IMG/VR virus record: IMGVR_UViG_3300011008_000034
Span: 1 to 64,000 of that record
Source: a virus
Lineage: Duplodnaviria > Caudoviricetes
Length of the DNA: 64,000 bases
Direction: 5' to 3' (one strand)
Positions 31,139 through 41,935 of the stretch are shown here, piece by piece (position 1 is the stretch's first letter; every line of letters starts with the position of its first letter). A program made the position numbers and the translations under genes. Below the pieces are notes generated by a model. The model made no database searches. It worked only from the letters and a program-made list of their open reading frames with translations, and was not told the DNA's origin.

Positions 31139-31174
31139 AAAAGAGACTAACTGATAAAAAGCTAGTCTCTTTTT
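31139..31174. terminator. bidirectional intrinsic terminator at the right edge of the palindrome
   Basis: AAAAGAGACTA...TAGTCTCTTTTT. Confidence 0.7.
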
Positions 31175-31177
31175 GTA

Positions 31178-32002
31178 TTAGAAAGTCATTTTACAGATTA
31201 AAGATTTGTCAGGAGAATAAATTGAAGCTGAGAAGTCAAATGATAAAGTATGATAATCTATCATTTTAGGATATACAGTATCTACTTCTTCTAAGTGTTC
31301 TCCTTGAGATAATAACATAATAATAGGAAGTATTCCTATAGATTCTCCAGGATAAGTTTCTTGAGGAGTAAATACTTGATTTTTATCAAAATCCACTTTA
31401 ATTGTATAGTAATCAATATCTTCAGTTTGTTGTACTTCTCCTAGATTAGTAAGATTAAAGCAGATTGTTTTTACTAATCCTTTTTCTGGTACTGTAATTT
31501 CATATAGATTATCAATATTAGACAAAGTAATATCGCAATCACTAAGATACGTTAAGCCGGGTTTGTGGTGCCATTTAATGTGACTTGAAGTATCTTCAAT
31601 TAGATTTTTTATTTTTTCTTCTATAGATTTAGCATATTCATGTAAGTCTATATTTCTAGAATAATCAATTAATTGTTGAGATAATCCATCTAATACAGTT
31701 GGTAAGAAAGATACTAATTCTTTCCGGCATATAATGCCCTCTCCTTGTAATGGGGACAGGTCATGGTCTGCAGTAATGGTAATTATATCATCACCAAGTA
31801 GAGAGGTATTAGACACCACATAAGGAGCTATTTCTTCATTTCCATAAATATCATTACTATTAATAAACACTACATCATTTACAGCAATATCACTCATAGT
31901 ATAATGAAGATATCCATCAAAGAATGTAATCTTAATATTAAATGATTGAGGAGAATTTTGTGTTACTGATAATACTTGAATTTTACCATTAAATAATTTC
32001 AT
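31178..32002 (-). CDS. probable structural (tail-associated) protein
   Basis: follows the tail-fibre-like gene, GGAGG RBS, acidic and beta-rich. Confidence 0.55.
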   Translation of the reverse strand: MKLFNGKIQVLSVTQNSPQSFNIKITFFDGYLHYTMSDIAVNDVVFINSNDIYGNEEIAPYVVSNTSLLGDDIITITADHDLSPLQGEGIICRKELVSFLPTVLDGLSQQLIDYSRNIDLHEYAKSIEEKIKNLIEDTSSHIKWHHKPGLTYLSDCDITLSNIDNLYEITVPEKGLVKTICFNLTNLGEVQQTEDIDYYTIKVDFDKNQVFTPQETYPGESIGILPIIMLLSQGEHLEEVDTVYPKMIDYHTLSFDFSASIYSPDKSLICKMTF

Positions 32003-32015
32003 ATGTTACACCTCC

Positions 32016-34481
32016 TCAATAAACAATTTTTACAACAATAGGACCCTGATTGCCAAATGGTGCAGCTAATTCACAGTAATGGGGATTGGACATGTCAGTA
32101 TAGAATACATTATTAGATACTTTAGTAGCTCCTTGAGAACCCATTACTTGAATAAAGCTTACATCAGCAAGATTATAACTTAAGAAATCTGCTGGTAAAT
32201 TGGTATCATCGTAATCAATTTTTACTCTTGAACTAGAATCTACATCTGCAGCATCAAAATGAAATGTTAATGAATGAATAAAACCATTCTTTACAATTCT
32301 TACAGTTCCAGCGGTTTTTGAAAATACTAGAGCATCTTCTTTATACGCATAATATTTACAATTTCCTGTTGGGTCTGTAAATTCTTGTAATTTATGTCCT
32401 GCATTTTCAATTAAGCTGTCTACAGTTGTTTTATCATAAACATCTACTGTATCTGCTTTGTTTGCTAATAAGTTATTTGTTTCGGTTTTATTATAGATAT
32501 CAGATTTTGTATAAACGTCTACAGAATCTGTTTTATTAGCGAGTAAGTTGTTAATTTCAGTTTGATTGTATGTTTCAGTTTTTAGATATACTAAATCTTT
32601 TTGGATATAATTATTTAAATCTGGTTTATTAGTAATGTCATCCCAGTTTAAAGTAGTTGTATGATTAGTAGAAGATTCTAATTGGAATCCATTATTATTG
32701 TAAACGTAAGTAGCAGAACCAGACCGTACACGAGAATCACCAGAAGCATCCTGAACAAAATATTCTTGACCGTCCTTTAGATTCATAAAGGGAATGGCAA
32801 GTAAGTCTTCATATGTAGCTATAGTAGTGATTTCTTTATCTTCTAATACGCTATCTGGTAAGAATTGTTCAGGAATCTTTCCATTATTATCAAGTGGAAC
32901 ATATCCATTAGCTACACCACGATTTGCGGAATTTTCAGGAGTATATCCGAGAGCATCTTGTTTTGCATTCCAAGCATTAATTTGAGATTCACTAACAAAT
33001 CTATGTACACTGTCTTCAATAATTTCAGCAGAAGAATGATTATGATTAACTAACGCTCTTTGGTCAAGTAAATCATTTACTTGTTGTTTTTGATAGAATA
33101 AATCTTTTGAATTAGTTAATGCATTATCAAATTTATTATCTACTTCAGACTTAGTATAAGTATCTAATTTATCAGCTTTTAAATCTAATTCAGAATGGAT
33201 TTGTGTATAATCTGCTTTTTTGGATAATTCTGAGTCAATATAATTTCTGGTATAAGTATTAGTAACTACGTTTTGTAATAATGTATCTACTTCTACTTTT
33301 TTATAGTAATCATCAAAATGAAGATTAGAGATAGCATCCCAATCTACTTGATTGAATTTATCATCTACATCAGTTTTCGTATAATAATCATTTAATAATG
33401 TATTAACTTCGTCTTTCGTATAAGTTTGAGAAGCATTGGCTTTTACTGATAAGAAGGAATCAATTTGAGACCGAGTATATGTATCAAGGATGCGATTATC
33501 TAATTCTGACTTGGTTACAAATATTGCGTTAATATCATCTTTGGAATAAGCAGATTCTACATCTAGTTTTAAGTCTAATTGGTTTTTTAGACTTTCATTT
33601 GTAACATACTTATTAGATAATTCTGTTTTGCTTACTTTTTCATTAATGGATAAATATAATGGGTCTGTAATTGAAACAGCTACTGGCGAATTTGGGTCAG
33701 TGGGTTCCTCACTTAACATAACATTGCCAAGCGAAGTGGCCGTAGCAATATTAGTTCGAGCATCATTATCAAAAGAATTCCAATTGCTACCGTCATTTGA
33801 ATATACCCATTTATCTAAATCTTCATTATACTTTATTCCTACTCTAGGCATTGAGCCACGATTAACGTAAATGCCGCAGTGTTCTACTGGAGTTCCAGTA
33901 TCTTCAGCATTTAATGTAAATGAAGCAGAATCCGTTCCAATGGAATTTGCTTTTGTAGCAATTAATGTTTTAGCTTCATCTAATGATAATTTATCATCTA
34001 AGATTGACTGTAAATCTGTGATTGCTTCAATTGTGTGACTGTTTTCTTTATTTCTATTTTGAAGTTCGTTATGATTTAATGGATATCCTCCAGCAGCATA
34101 TACTGGACGTGCATCATAAATCATATCATTTGTAATTACTTTTGTGGAAGATTTAATATACACAAAAGCAATTGGAAGTATATTCTGTCCAATATTTGGT
34201 ACTGAAGGATTATTATTGGATGGAACGCCATTTAATAATACAATCTTTCCTGCTTTATTTAATGCTACTAATACCCATTTTGCGCCTGAAGTAGGAGCGG
34301 TGATAACTGGGCTTTTTCCTCCAGCATATTCTATAAATTGAGAGTTGTTTATCCAAAACGAACCTTGTTTTATATTAATCGTCATATCAGGCGTGTTGTT
34401 CGCAGAAGGTTGGAACATTAATAACGCATAACTATCACGACGATATTCGTCTCCTTTTGGTGGACGGTTCATATGTTTCAC
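32016..34481 (-). CDS. tail-fibre-like protein with YTKxEVD repeats
   Basis: many Y(T/N)K.E(V/I)(D/N) coiled repeats, NGYVPLD..GKIP..LP, W..ITNKP motifs typical of phage fibres. Confidence 0.75.
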   Translation of the reverse strand: MKHMNRPPKGDEYRRDSYALLMFQPSANNTPDMTINIKQGSFWINNSQFIEYAGGKSPVITAPTSGAKWVLVALNKAGKIVLLNGVPSNNNPSVPNIGQNILPIAFVYIKSSTKVITNDMIYDARPVYAAGGYPLNHNELQNRNKENSHTIEAITDLQSILDDKLSLDEAKTLIATKANSIGTDSASFTLNAEDTGTPVEHCGIYVNRGSMPRVGIKYNEDLDKWVYSNDGSNWNSFDNDARTNIATATSLGNVMLSEEPTDPNSPVAVSITDPLYLSINEKVSKTELSNKYVTNESLKNQLDLKLDVESAYSKDDINAIFVTKSELDNRILDTYTRSQIDSFLSVKANASQTYTKDEVNTLLNDYYTKTDVDDKFNQVDWDAISNLHFDDYYKKVEVDTLLQNVVTNTYTRNYIDSELSKKADYTQIHSELDLKADKLDTYTKSEVDNKFDNALTNSKDLFYQKQQVNDLLDQRALVNHNHSSAEIIEDSVHRFVSESQINAWNAKQDALGYTPENSANRGVANGYVPLDNNGKIPEQFLPDSVLEDKEITTIATYEDLLAIPFMNLKDGQEYFVQDASGDSRVRSGSATYVYNNNGFQLESSTNHTTTLNWDDITNKPDLNNYIQKDLVYLKTETYNQTEINNLLANKTDSVDVYTKSDIYNKTETNNLLANKADTVDVYDKTTVDSLIENAGHKLQEFTDPTGNCKYYAYKEDALVFSKTAGTVRIVKNGFIHSLTFHFDAADVDSSSRVKIDYDDTNLPADFLSYNLADVSFIQVMGSQGATKVSNNVFYTDMSNPHYCELAAPFGNQGPIVVKIVY

Positions 34482-34811
34482 CTCATTTCATATTTAGTAT
34501 TTTTGCAAAAATAATAAATTAAATTTTTCTTCTAAAAATAAAATAAAAAATAAGTTTTGTTCTTATCTGAAAAAGGATGATAGATGTGTTTTTACAAAAC
34601 CTAGGATCAAGATTATTTCCTATTCATGTTGAGATTTTTCATAACATGCATTTAATTCAACATAATACATTGAATACTACTATTTTTACATTTTTTGCAT
34701 TTAATGAACGAAAAGGACAATATGATATTTTTTCATATAAAGGACAATGTTTTTCAGAATACAAAAAGCATTGCTTACGAGCTTGTATTTTTTTATAGGA
34801 GGGTGATGAAC

Positions 34812-35273
34812 ATGAAGATTAGAAATGATTTTGTGACGAATTCAAGTTCTAGTAGTTATATCATTACAACTAAATTAGATTTAGTTCCTAGGCCATTTTT
34901 AAAGTTAGATGATGTAAGCACCGAAGAAAACTTTATTAATTCTTTGTATAAAGTTGCATGTGTAGAATGCGGAAAACCATCTAATATATATGATAGCATA
35001 TTTGAAAAACATGGATTTAATGATATTCAGAAAAAAATTGCTTTATTATTAAGTGACGAATTCACAAATCGTAATTTTAATAGCGACAGTTACGGAACAA
35101 ATGAATATGCAAACATATTAGCAAACATGAATAATATATTAGGAGATTTAAGTGAAGAAGAAAAACACCGTCCTTTATATTTTACAGAAACTGTAGAGAA
35201 TTATGCTTTAGATAGAGTTCAATACATATTAGATGATAAATCTACGCGCATTATCTATAATTATAATCTGTAA
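34812..35273 (+). CDS. hypothetical protein of the MKIRxDFVTNSSSSS family
   Basis: recognisable N-terminal motif; RBS GGAGGG. Confidence 0.75.
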   Translation: MKIRNDFVTNSSSSSYIITTKLDLVPRPFLKLDDVSTEENFINSLYKVACVECGKPSNIYDSIFEKHGFNDIQKKIALLLSDEFTNRNFNSDSYGTNEYANILANMNNILGDLSEEEKHRPLYFTETVENYALDRVQYILDDKSTRIIYNYNL

Positions 35274-35340
35274 TTTATTACCTTAATTTTTTTAACAATT
35301 ACTGCCTTTTTATTTTAAAAAGATATTTTTTATTTAAAAG

Positions 35341-35541
35341 GTGGTGATTTTTATGAAGAAGGTGATTAGATATTTCCCAGGTATTCAACTGGAATTAAAT
35401 GAACAACAATTTATTATTAAAAAATATAATGAGGTTGATTGTTGGGATTTAAAAGATAATTTATTTTGTACTGTAATCGCCTCGAGTATTTTTGGAAAAA
35501 TTTTTGAATCTATGGTGAAAGAGATGTGTGAATGTGATTAG
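35341..35541 (+). CDS. small hypothetical protein
   Basis: ORF with RBS, overlaps the nrdG start. Confidence 0.55.
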   Translation: MVIFMKKVIRYFPGIQLELNEQQFIIKKYNEVDCWDLKDNLFCTVIASSIFGKIFESMVKEMCECD

Positions 35542-36013
35542 ATTTGCTGGTATAGAAGAAGAATCAACTGTTGATGGTGAGGGAATTCGTTTTGTATTAT
35601 TTTGTCAAGGATGCCCTCACCATTGTAAAGGATGCCATAATCCATCTACTTGGAGTTATGATAAAGGTGACTTTATATCTCCGGAAGAAATTTTATATAA
35701 AATGAAACAAAATGAATTATTAGACGGAATTACTTTGTCAGGTGGAGAACCTTTTGAGCAAGTTGATGAATTGTTACCATTACTAAAATTAATAACTCCT
35801 GAATATAATGTTTGGTCTTACTCAGGATATATATATGAAGATTTAATACAAGATACTAATAAAAAGAAATTATTGCAATACATTGATTATTTGATTGATG
35901 GTCCTTATATAGAAGATTTAAGAGATTTGACGTTACAATTTCGTGGGTCATTAAATCAAAGAATTATAAATGTACAAGAATCATTAAAACAAAATAAAGT
36001 CATGTTAAAATAG
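35528..36013 (+). CDS. nrdG: anaerobic ribonucleotide reductase activating protein (radical SAM)
   Basis: VDGEGIR, CPHHCKGCHN, TLSGGEPF, DG.Y, FRGS.NQR. Confidence 0.93.
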   Translation: MNVIRFAGIEEESTVDGEGIRFVLFCQGCPHHCKGCHNPSTWSYDKGDFISPEEILYKMKQNELLDGITLSGGEPFEQVDELLPLLKLITPEYNVWSYSGYIYEDLIQDTNKKKLLQYIDYLIDGPYIEDLRDLTLQFRGSLNQRIINVQESLKQNKVMLK

Positions 36014-36040
36014 ACCGAGAATATTCTCGGTCTATTTTTT
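36008..36040. terminator. bidirectional terminator
   Basis: AAATAGACCGAGAATATTCTCGGTCTATTT perfect palindrome. Confidence 0.75.
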
Positions 36041-36293
36041 ACCTTAATGTAATTGCTATTCCATTTTTATCTTGGACGATTAGATATTCTTTTCCCTTAT
36101 TACAATCTCTTAAGATTGTAACTTGAATATCATCATATGTTTCTGCTTTTTCTAAAATAATTTCATCTGTAGAAAATTTTTGAGAATGTACTTTTTTCTC
36201 TCCAATATTTAATAGCAGAGTAATGATAAAAATAGGGATTAAGAAACACTATATTCCTATTAAGATATTTAAGTTGTCCTTTACTTTTTTCAT
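36039..36293 (-). pseudogene. small membrane protein gene with one in-frame TAG (codon 15)
   Basis: ATGA-coupled to the dnaE stop; reads MKKVKDNLNILIGI*CFLIPIFIITLLL...ILRDCNKGKEYLIV. Confidence 0.5.
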
Positions 36294-37832
36294 TCATCTT
36301 CCCCCTCAAAATTTTTTTCATCAAATGGTTCTATTTCTAAATCTTTAGCAGAAATTCCACCAAATGATTTAGTACCAATAATCTTTAAAAGGCTTCCTTC
36401 TTCAAACAATGATAAATATTTTCCATTTCTATGACCTTCGTTATCAGCATACATATTTTTCCAAGCATAGATTTTTATTGTACCAAATTTTGTCAAGAAC
36501 CAAATATTGTACATAAAACTTTTTCCATTTTTAGTCGGTTTCTTAGTAATTTCATTTACTATTCCAATATAAGATAATCTTTGCCCATCAAAAGCTTCTT
36601 CTATAGGAATTTCTCCACTAGTACTATGACTTAATGCTGGATGAGGAATAAAAGAAATTTCAAACCGATTAATGTCTTTAATATATGCTTTGTATAAGGG
36701 TTCCACTTCATATGCAATTTCTCCAAAATGACCAAAAAATGCTTCTGTAAAATGATTAACTTGCCCCTGTTTTTGTTCTATTAATACACCAGTAGGCTTG
36801 ACTTTTACAGGATAAATATATTTGGATTCAAGTGTTAGATTAAATAATCCTAATTGACTTTCTTTTACAACAATATAATGTTCAAGAGATTTTTTGAATT
36901 TTAATTCAAATTGCTTATGCATGGTTTTATATGTTTTTAATTTGTCTTTTAATGATTTGATTTTTTCTTTTAACTTATCCAAATGAAGCTTTTCATTTTT
37001 TAATTTTGCATTACGTTTAGATAAAAATTTTCGAGTTTCTTCAGCATTGGATAAAATTTTACTTGCATTAGAATTAATATAATTAGCTGCAGTAATTTGT
37101 TCTTCTGTTTCTGGAACATATTTATCTTTACTAATAGCTCGAATCATTTCATCAAAAGCATTTCCTTTGTCAAATTTGATATTGAAATCATCTCTTTGCT
37201 GTTGAGTAATGTAATTAATATCTATAGCATAATTCTTTTCTGGTTTTTTATCAATAGATTCAATATAATATTTAAACCAGATTTCTTGTTTAGACCTGTC
37301 CATGAATATGTAATAATTTGATTCATCTTCAGTTTTTCTTAATTTATTATGATGTTTATATGAATTTGTTTTTAATGGTTTGATTCTTTCTAAAACCTTG
37401 AGCATGTCATCGTTTACTTCTTCTTTAGGAATCTCCAATGGAATTCCTTCAAAAGCCCCAATAGCAATACAAGCTTCTACATTCTTTTTATTTTTTCCTC
37501 CGCCTTCTACTCTATTATAAAAATCTTGAATGGATTTAAATGGTCCATCACTTTGAGCTTTTATAATTTCATCTACAGAAGTTTCTCCAACACCTTTTAC
37601 ACAATTTAATCCCATACGAACAGAATTAGTATCAATATTTTCAATTGTTGCAATAAATTTAGATTTAGAAATATTAGGTGGAAGAATGTTAATTTTAAAC
37701 CGTTCTGAAGTTGCTTCTTTAAAACAAATAGATAAATTACTAATCGCTTCAGCATTAAATAAATGAGTAAAAAAAACTAATGGATAATTAATTTTTATCC
37801 AGGCAGACCAAAATGATATATACGAATAACAT
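36290..37832 (-). CDS. dnaE: DNA polymerase III alpha, C-terminal exon (exon 2 of the dnaE-C gene)
   Basis: open frame from 37831: CYSYISFWSAWIKINYP...LPPNISKS...RMGLNCVKGVG (HhH)...OB-fold-like end. Confidence 0.9.
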
Positions 37833-38135
37833 CACTTAAAAAGTGGACTATCCCATCACCTAAACGGTGCCGATATTATAGTCTCTGAACGTCTAATCAA
37901 AATAATAGATTCATTATTTTGATTATTTCGATGCTGATTGGTTGTTGTTTATGATACTTAGCATTTTCAGCTTATATCCAAAATTTAATTTTTTCTGTCT
38001 TTCGACTGCGATTCACACTTATTTTTACAAATTATGTTGTAGCTTAAATTTTGTTCAACGTTCCCAGCAGTTTAATCGGTTTTTCATCCTATCTTTCGAT
38101 ATGAAGCCACATGTTTATACGAAACGTATACGTCT
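37833..38135 (-). ncRNA. group I self-splicing intron (303 nt, no ORF) in dnaE
   Basis: P AACUGCUGGGAA, Q AAUCAGCAUC, R GUUCAGAGACUAUA, S GGAUAGUCC; 5' exon ends in U (CCAU pairs with GUGG, U-G wobble); intron ends in G; P10 AACAU/AUGUU; splicing restores FNKSH-SICY. Confidence 0.92.
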
Positions 38136-39460
38136 ATGGAATGTGATTTATTAAAGAGATATGCACTATTGTCAATAATCGCTTTTGTTACTTTTTGACA
38201 TGCTTCTTTTGGAATTCCATTTTCTAATCCAATTCGTTCAGCATTATCATAAAAGTACTGAGCTCTATCTTTATTTTTCTTTTTATCTGGTTTTTCCAAA
38301 GCACGACGATAAATATCACTTTCACCAAAAGAAATATTAAACAGAATTGATATTAGAGACATTACCTGTTCTTGATATACTATACCTCCCATTGTAGGAG
38401 CTAAAACATCATCAAAAGGTTTATATCCCATTAATCTGATTTTTTCAGGGTCTTTTTTTCCTTCTACATATTCATCTAATCCTGAAGTACCAGGACGAAT
38501 AAATGCATTTACAGCAGATAAAGATTCCATGTCTTGTGGCTGGATTTTTTTAATTACAGGCTGTGCTGCTGCGCCATCCATCTGAAAAATACCTTTTAAA
38601 TATGCAGCTTCACAAATAAAATCCCATGTTTTTTTATCATTTAATGGAATGGACATTTGTGTATAATTTTTATTGTAATATTGATTAATCATCTTTAATT
38701 CTTCGACAATAATATCAATATTCTTTAAACGCAATATATCGTATTTTATTCCACCTAATAAATCGACTTCTTCTTTACAATATTGAGAACAATCCCAAGT
38801 ATTCCCTGTATCAGTTGGTTTAGAAGATTTAACAGGAATAATATCTGTAACACTTAATTCATTTGGTAATACAACAATTCCTGCAGGATGCTGAGAAACA
38901 GACCGAGGTAAATTTGCAAATACTTTACTATATTTTAGAATGTCTGGATAACGATCAAAAAATTCTTTAATTTCAGGAATAACCAAAATATCATCAAACG
39001 TTTTCATATCATTTGTGATTAATTTAGTAATATTATTTGCTTCTTGCGGTTCAATTTCATATACTCTAGCTACATCCTTAATAACTGCTTTTATCTTTAA
39101 ATTTTGAAATGTAGCAATATTACAACAGTGCTCTCGTCCCCAACGTTGATTACAAAAATCATAAATTTCGTCAGACCGTTTATCAGAGAAGTCGTTGTCT
39201 ATATCTGGAATTACGAGGTGAGTTTCTCCCTGGTCGTCTTTATATGTTCTGGCAGGATTTAAAAATCTTTCAAACAAAAGCTGATATTCGATGGGATCAA
39301 CTTGAGTAATATCTAATGCATAATTCAATAATGACCCTGCACCTGAATTATGTACGATTAGTTTATCTACATTATAAGAATGTTGGTCTCGTACTTCTAA
39401 ATCATATATATCTCCTTTATAGTGAAAAATTTCTTTCTTTTTTATTCGCCTAAATTTCAC
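38136..39460 (-). CDS. dnaE: split-intein C part (38 aa) fused to the DNA polymerase III alpha catalytic core (exon 1 of dnaE-C)
   Basis: YDLEV...HSY....LIVHN|SGAGSL; LLFERFLNPAR, PDIDND, HPAG, KYDIL, GIFQ, YQEQ, FNKSH; IntC = 39347-39460. Confidence 0.93.
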
Positions 39461-39533
39461 GAGATATCCCTCCTTTTAATTTTATTTTAGAAAAAAAGAC
39501 TAAGATTTAATTTCTTAGTCTTAGATAAATGCA

Positions 39534-41018
39534 TTATTTACTTTTCAAATAAAAACCATTAAATGATTGGTTTGTATTAACAATTTTTTTATATGTTTTA
39601 TAAACAATTCCAAATAATGGATAAAGTAATTTTATGCAATTAAATTCTATTATGTATTCTCCATTTGTTAAAAATAAATCTATTGGCTTTACATTTTTTC
39701 GTATTTTACATTCAAATCGAAGATAAGTAAAATTTTCAAATCCTTTCAATTTATATGTATTTAAATCAAAATCATGAAATAAATCATCGTTATACAAATA
39801 TGTACAAATAAGATTGTTTTGTTTATCAAAGACTTTTGTTACTGTTTTATTTCTTTTTACATTTGCTAATTCTCTATATATACGATTACTTTTTAAAAAA
39901 TTTAATGTTTTTTGGGGAATGTTTTTTTCAGTACATTTTTTTACAACATTTATTCGTTCATCATGATTTAAATTTAATAAATTTATCTGTTTATTAAAAA
40001 TTACAACGTTAAATAAATCATAAAATTGTTGTTGACCAGCTGTTTTACATACAGAAAAGTTATTAAAATTCCGATAAAAAACAAGTTGAATTATTTTTGG
40101 AATATATAAATCTTGAGAAACATAGTTATCATTAAAAATGTGTTTATATTCATAATAAAATTTTATAAGATTAAAAAAAGAATTAAAACAATAAAGTATT
40201 TCTATATGATGATATTTATCATCACATAATTGTTTATGAACATTTCCCCATTGATAATGAACATGTGTTTTATTGTTTTTCAAATCAACGCACTTGTAAA
40301 TAAACCCTAAATAATCATTCGTCTTTTTTATATGTTTTGTTAATGGAACATTAAAAAAAATAACATCATTAAGAAAATTTTGATAAAAATTAATGCTATT
40401 TAAATCAAAAGGAATTAAATTTAATAAAATTTCCTCATTAATAAAACAAAATACCATGTTATGTTTTTTACAAAAAATTTGTGCCGCTTTTTTCTTTTTA
40501 TCAGAACTTGTACTTTCTTTTCCTTTAATTTCAAAAATTGTATTATTAATGATAAAGTCTGGATGAAAAGTTTTATTTTCATAAGAGATGTTTATGTCAC
40601 AACGTTTAACATTTAACTTGTTTTGATAACAAGAATATAAAAATGCTAACTCATAACTACTTTCAAATTTAATTCCATGATAAAATCCAGTTAAATTATT
40701 TTGATGGATATAACATTCTTGACAAACTTGTTCAAATTTTTTATGTTTTCTCTGCGTTAAAAAAGATACTGTTACATATTTTTCTTTATGACAATATTGA
40801 CATGTTATTTGTACTTTAATGCTTGAATTTTTTTTAAATTCATTCCTATAAGTTAAAAACATATCATAAATAATAAATCCATTTTTATCATAAAAAATAA
40901 AAATAAATTCTGGAATTTTATCTTTATAGTGGTTATTAAAAGTACTCATATTATCACCTCTTATTTTTTTATAAGAAAAAAGACTAAGTTTCGTTCTTAG
41001 TCTTATCGGTAAATGCAT
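39534..41018 (-). CDS. free-standing putative homing endonuclease (PD-(D/E)xK type with zinc finger)
   Basis: CQYC...CQEC, GFYHGIKFESSYEL, HPDFII...EIKG; likely start 40949. Confidence 0.6.
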   Translation of the reverse strand: MHLPIRLRTKLSLFSYKKIRGDNMSTFNNHYKDKIPEFIFIFYDKNGFIIYDMFLTYRNEFKKNSSIKVQITCQYCHKEKYVTVSFLTQRKHKKFEQVCQECYIHQNNLTGFYHGIKFESSYELAFLYSCYQNKLNVKRCDINISYENKTFHPDFIINNTIFEIKGKESTSSDKKKKAAQIFCKKHNMVFCFINEEILLNLIPFDLNSINFYQNFLNDVIFFNVPLTKHIKKTNDYLGFIYKCVDLKNNKTHVHYQWGNVHKQLCDDKYHHIEILYCFNSFFNLIKFYYEYKHIFNDNYVSQDLYIPKIIQLVFYRNFNNFSVCKTAGQQQFYDLFNVVIFNKQINLLNLNHDERINVVKKCTEKNIPQKTLNFLKSNRIYRELANVKRNKTVTKVFDKQNNLICTYLYNDDLFHDFDLNTYKLKGFENFTYLRFECKIRKNVKPIDLFLTNGEYIIEFNCIKLLYPLFGIVYKTYKKIVNTNQSFNGFYLKSK

Positions 41019-41320
41019 TATTCTTCTTTATAATTATAAGCTTCGCTTGCTCCTTCAATATCTCCAGAATAATCAAGTAATTTATTTGAAATGGATAATA
41101 CATCTCTTACTGTTTCTTCTACATTTTCAGCCATAGAACCAAGATTATCATACCAACCTTGAAGTTGTTCATCACATTCTTGACCCATTTTATAAACAGG
41201 TCCACCTTTTTTTACTAAATCGTAAATATCTTCTAATTGATAAGCAATTTCTTCTAATTTTTGAGTATATTGAGGAAAATTATTTGCAGCTACTTTTTTT
41301 AATTTTGCCAATTTTATCAC
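41018..41320 (-). CDS. acidic helical protein with AKLKKVA leader
   Basis: AAGGAG RBS, late-type motif upstream. Confidence 0.7.
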   Translation of the reverse strand: MIKLAKLKKVAANNFPQYTQKLEEIAYQLEDIYDLVKKGGPVYKMGQECDEQLQGWYDNLGSMAENVEETVRDVLSISNKLLDYSGDIEGASEAYNYKEE

Positions 41321-41395
41321 TCCTTTTATTTTTCTAAAATAAAATAGCTTATTTATGCAAAAACTATTTTATTTAAAAGAAAGGAGGCGAGAAAA

Positions 41396-41935
41396 ATGCC
41401 AAAAATTTTTATTAACCCTGGACATTCTCCAGATTTTAATAATGGCGGAGACCCTGGTGCAGTTTCTCCAAGAACTGGATTAAAAGAAGCTGAAGTGGCA
41501 TTAAAAGTTGGAACTTTAGTCAAACAATATCTTGAAGCAGTCGGTTATGAAGTATATTTACTTCAGAGTGATAGTTTAGGATATATTTGCAATGAATCTA
41601 ACAACTGGGATTCTGATTATTTTGTAAGCATCCATTGCAATGCAGCAGCGAATTACTCAGCTCGCGGAGCAGAAACCTGGGTATGTGCTGGTAGTGTAAA
41701 AGGTAGAAGATTAGGAGATGCGATTCAAAAACAAATTATTGATAATATTCCCATTACAGATAGAGGCATTAAAGTTTCCAGTGGATTATATGTATTAAAA
41801 AATACTGATTGTCCAGCGGTATTAGTTGAAATGGGATTTATAACAAATGAAACTGATGAACAGTTGTTGAGTGATAGTCATTATCAAGACGAATTTGCTA
41901 GATGTATAGCACGTGGTATAAGTGACGTACATTAA
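41396..41935 (+). CDS. N-acetylmuramoyl-L-alanine amidase (Amidase_3), endolysin
   Basis: INPGH, DPGAV, E, FVSIHCNA, RG.E, LYVLK.T..PAVLVEMGFI. Confidence 0.92.
   Translation: MPKIFINPGHSPDFNNGGDPGAVSPRTGLKEAEVALKVGTLVKQYLEAVGYEVYLLQSDSLGYICNESNNWDSDYFVSIHCNAAANYSARGAETWVCAGSVKGRRLGDAIQKQIIDNIPITDRGIKVSSGLYVLKNTDCPAVLVEMGFITNETDEQLLSDSHYQDEFARCIARGISDVH

Noticed and set aside
30945-31269. Short ORFs 30945..31133 (-) and 31060..31269 (+) in the palindrome arm
   Set aside because: No convincing RBS; they overlap the repeat arm, the terminator and the neighbouring gene, so they are likely by-products of the higher local GC
32400-33620. Repeats in the tail-fibre gene as a DGR or phase-variation cassette
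   Set aside because: They are degenerate protein-level YTKxEVD repeats; no reverse transcriptase, template repeat or invertase is seen in the window
37616-38135. dnaE break as a frameshift, pseudogene or second split gene starting at Met 37615
   Set aside because: Canonical group I P/Q/R/S elements, P1/P10 pairings and exact restoration of the reading frame explain it
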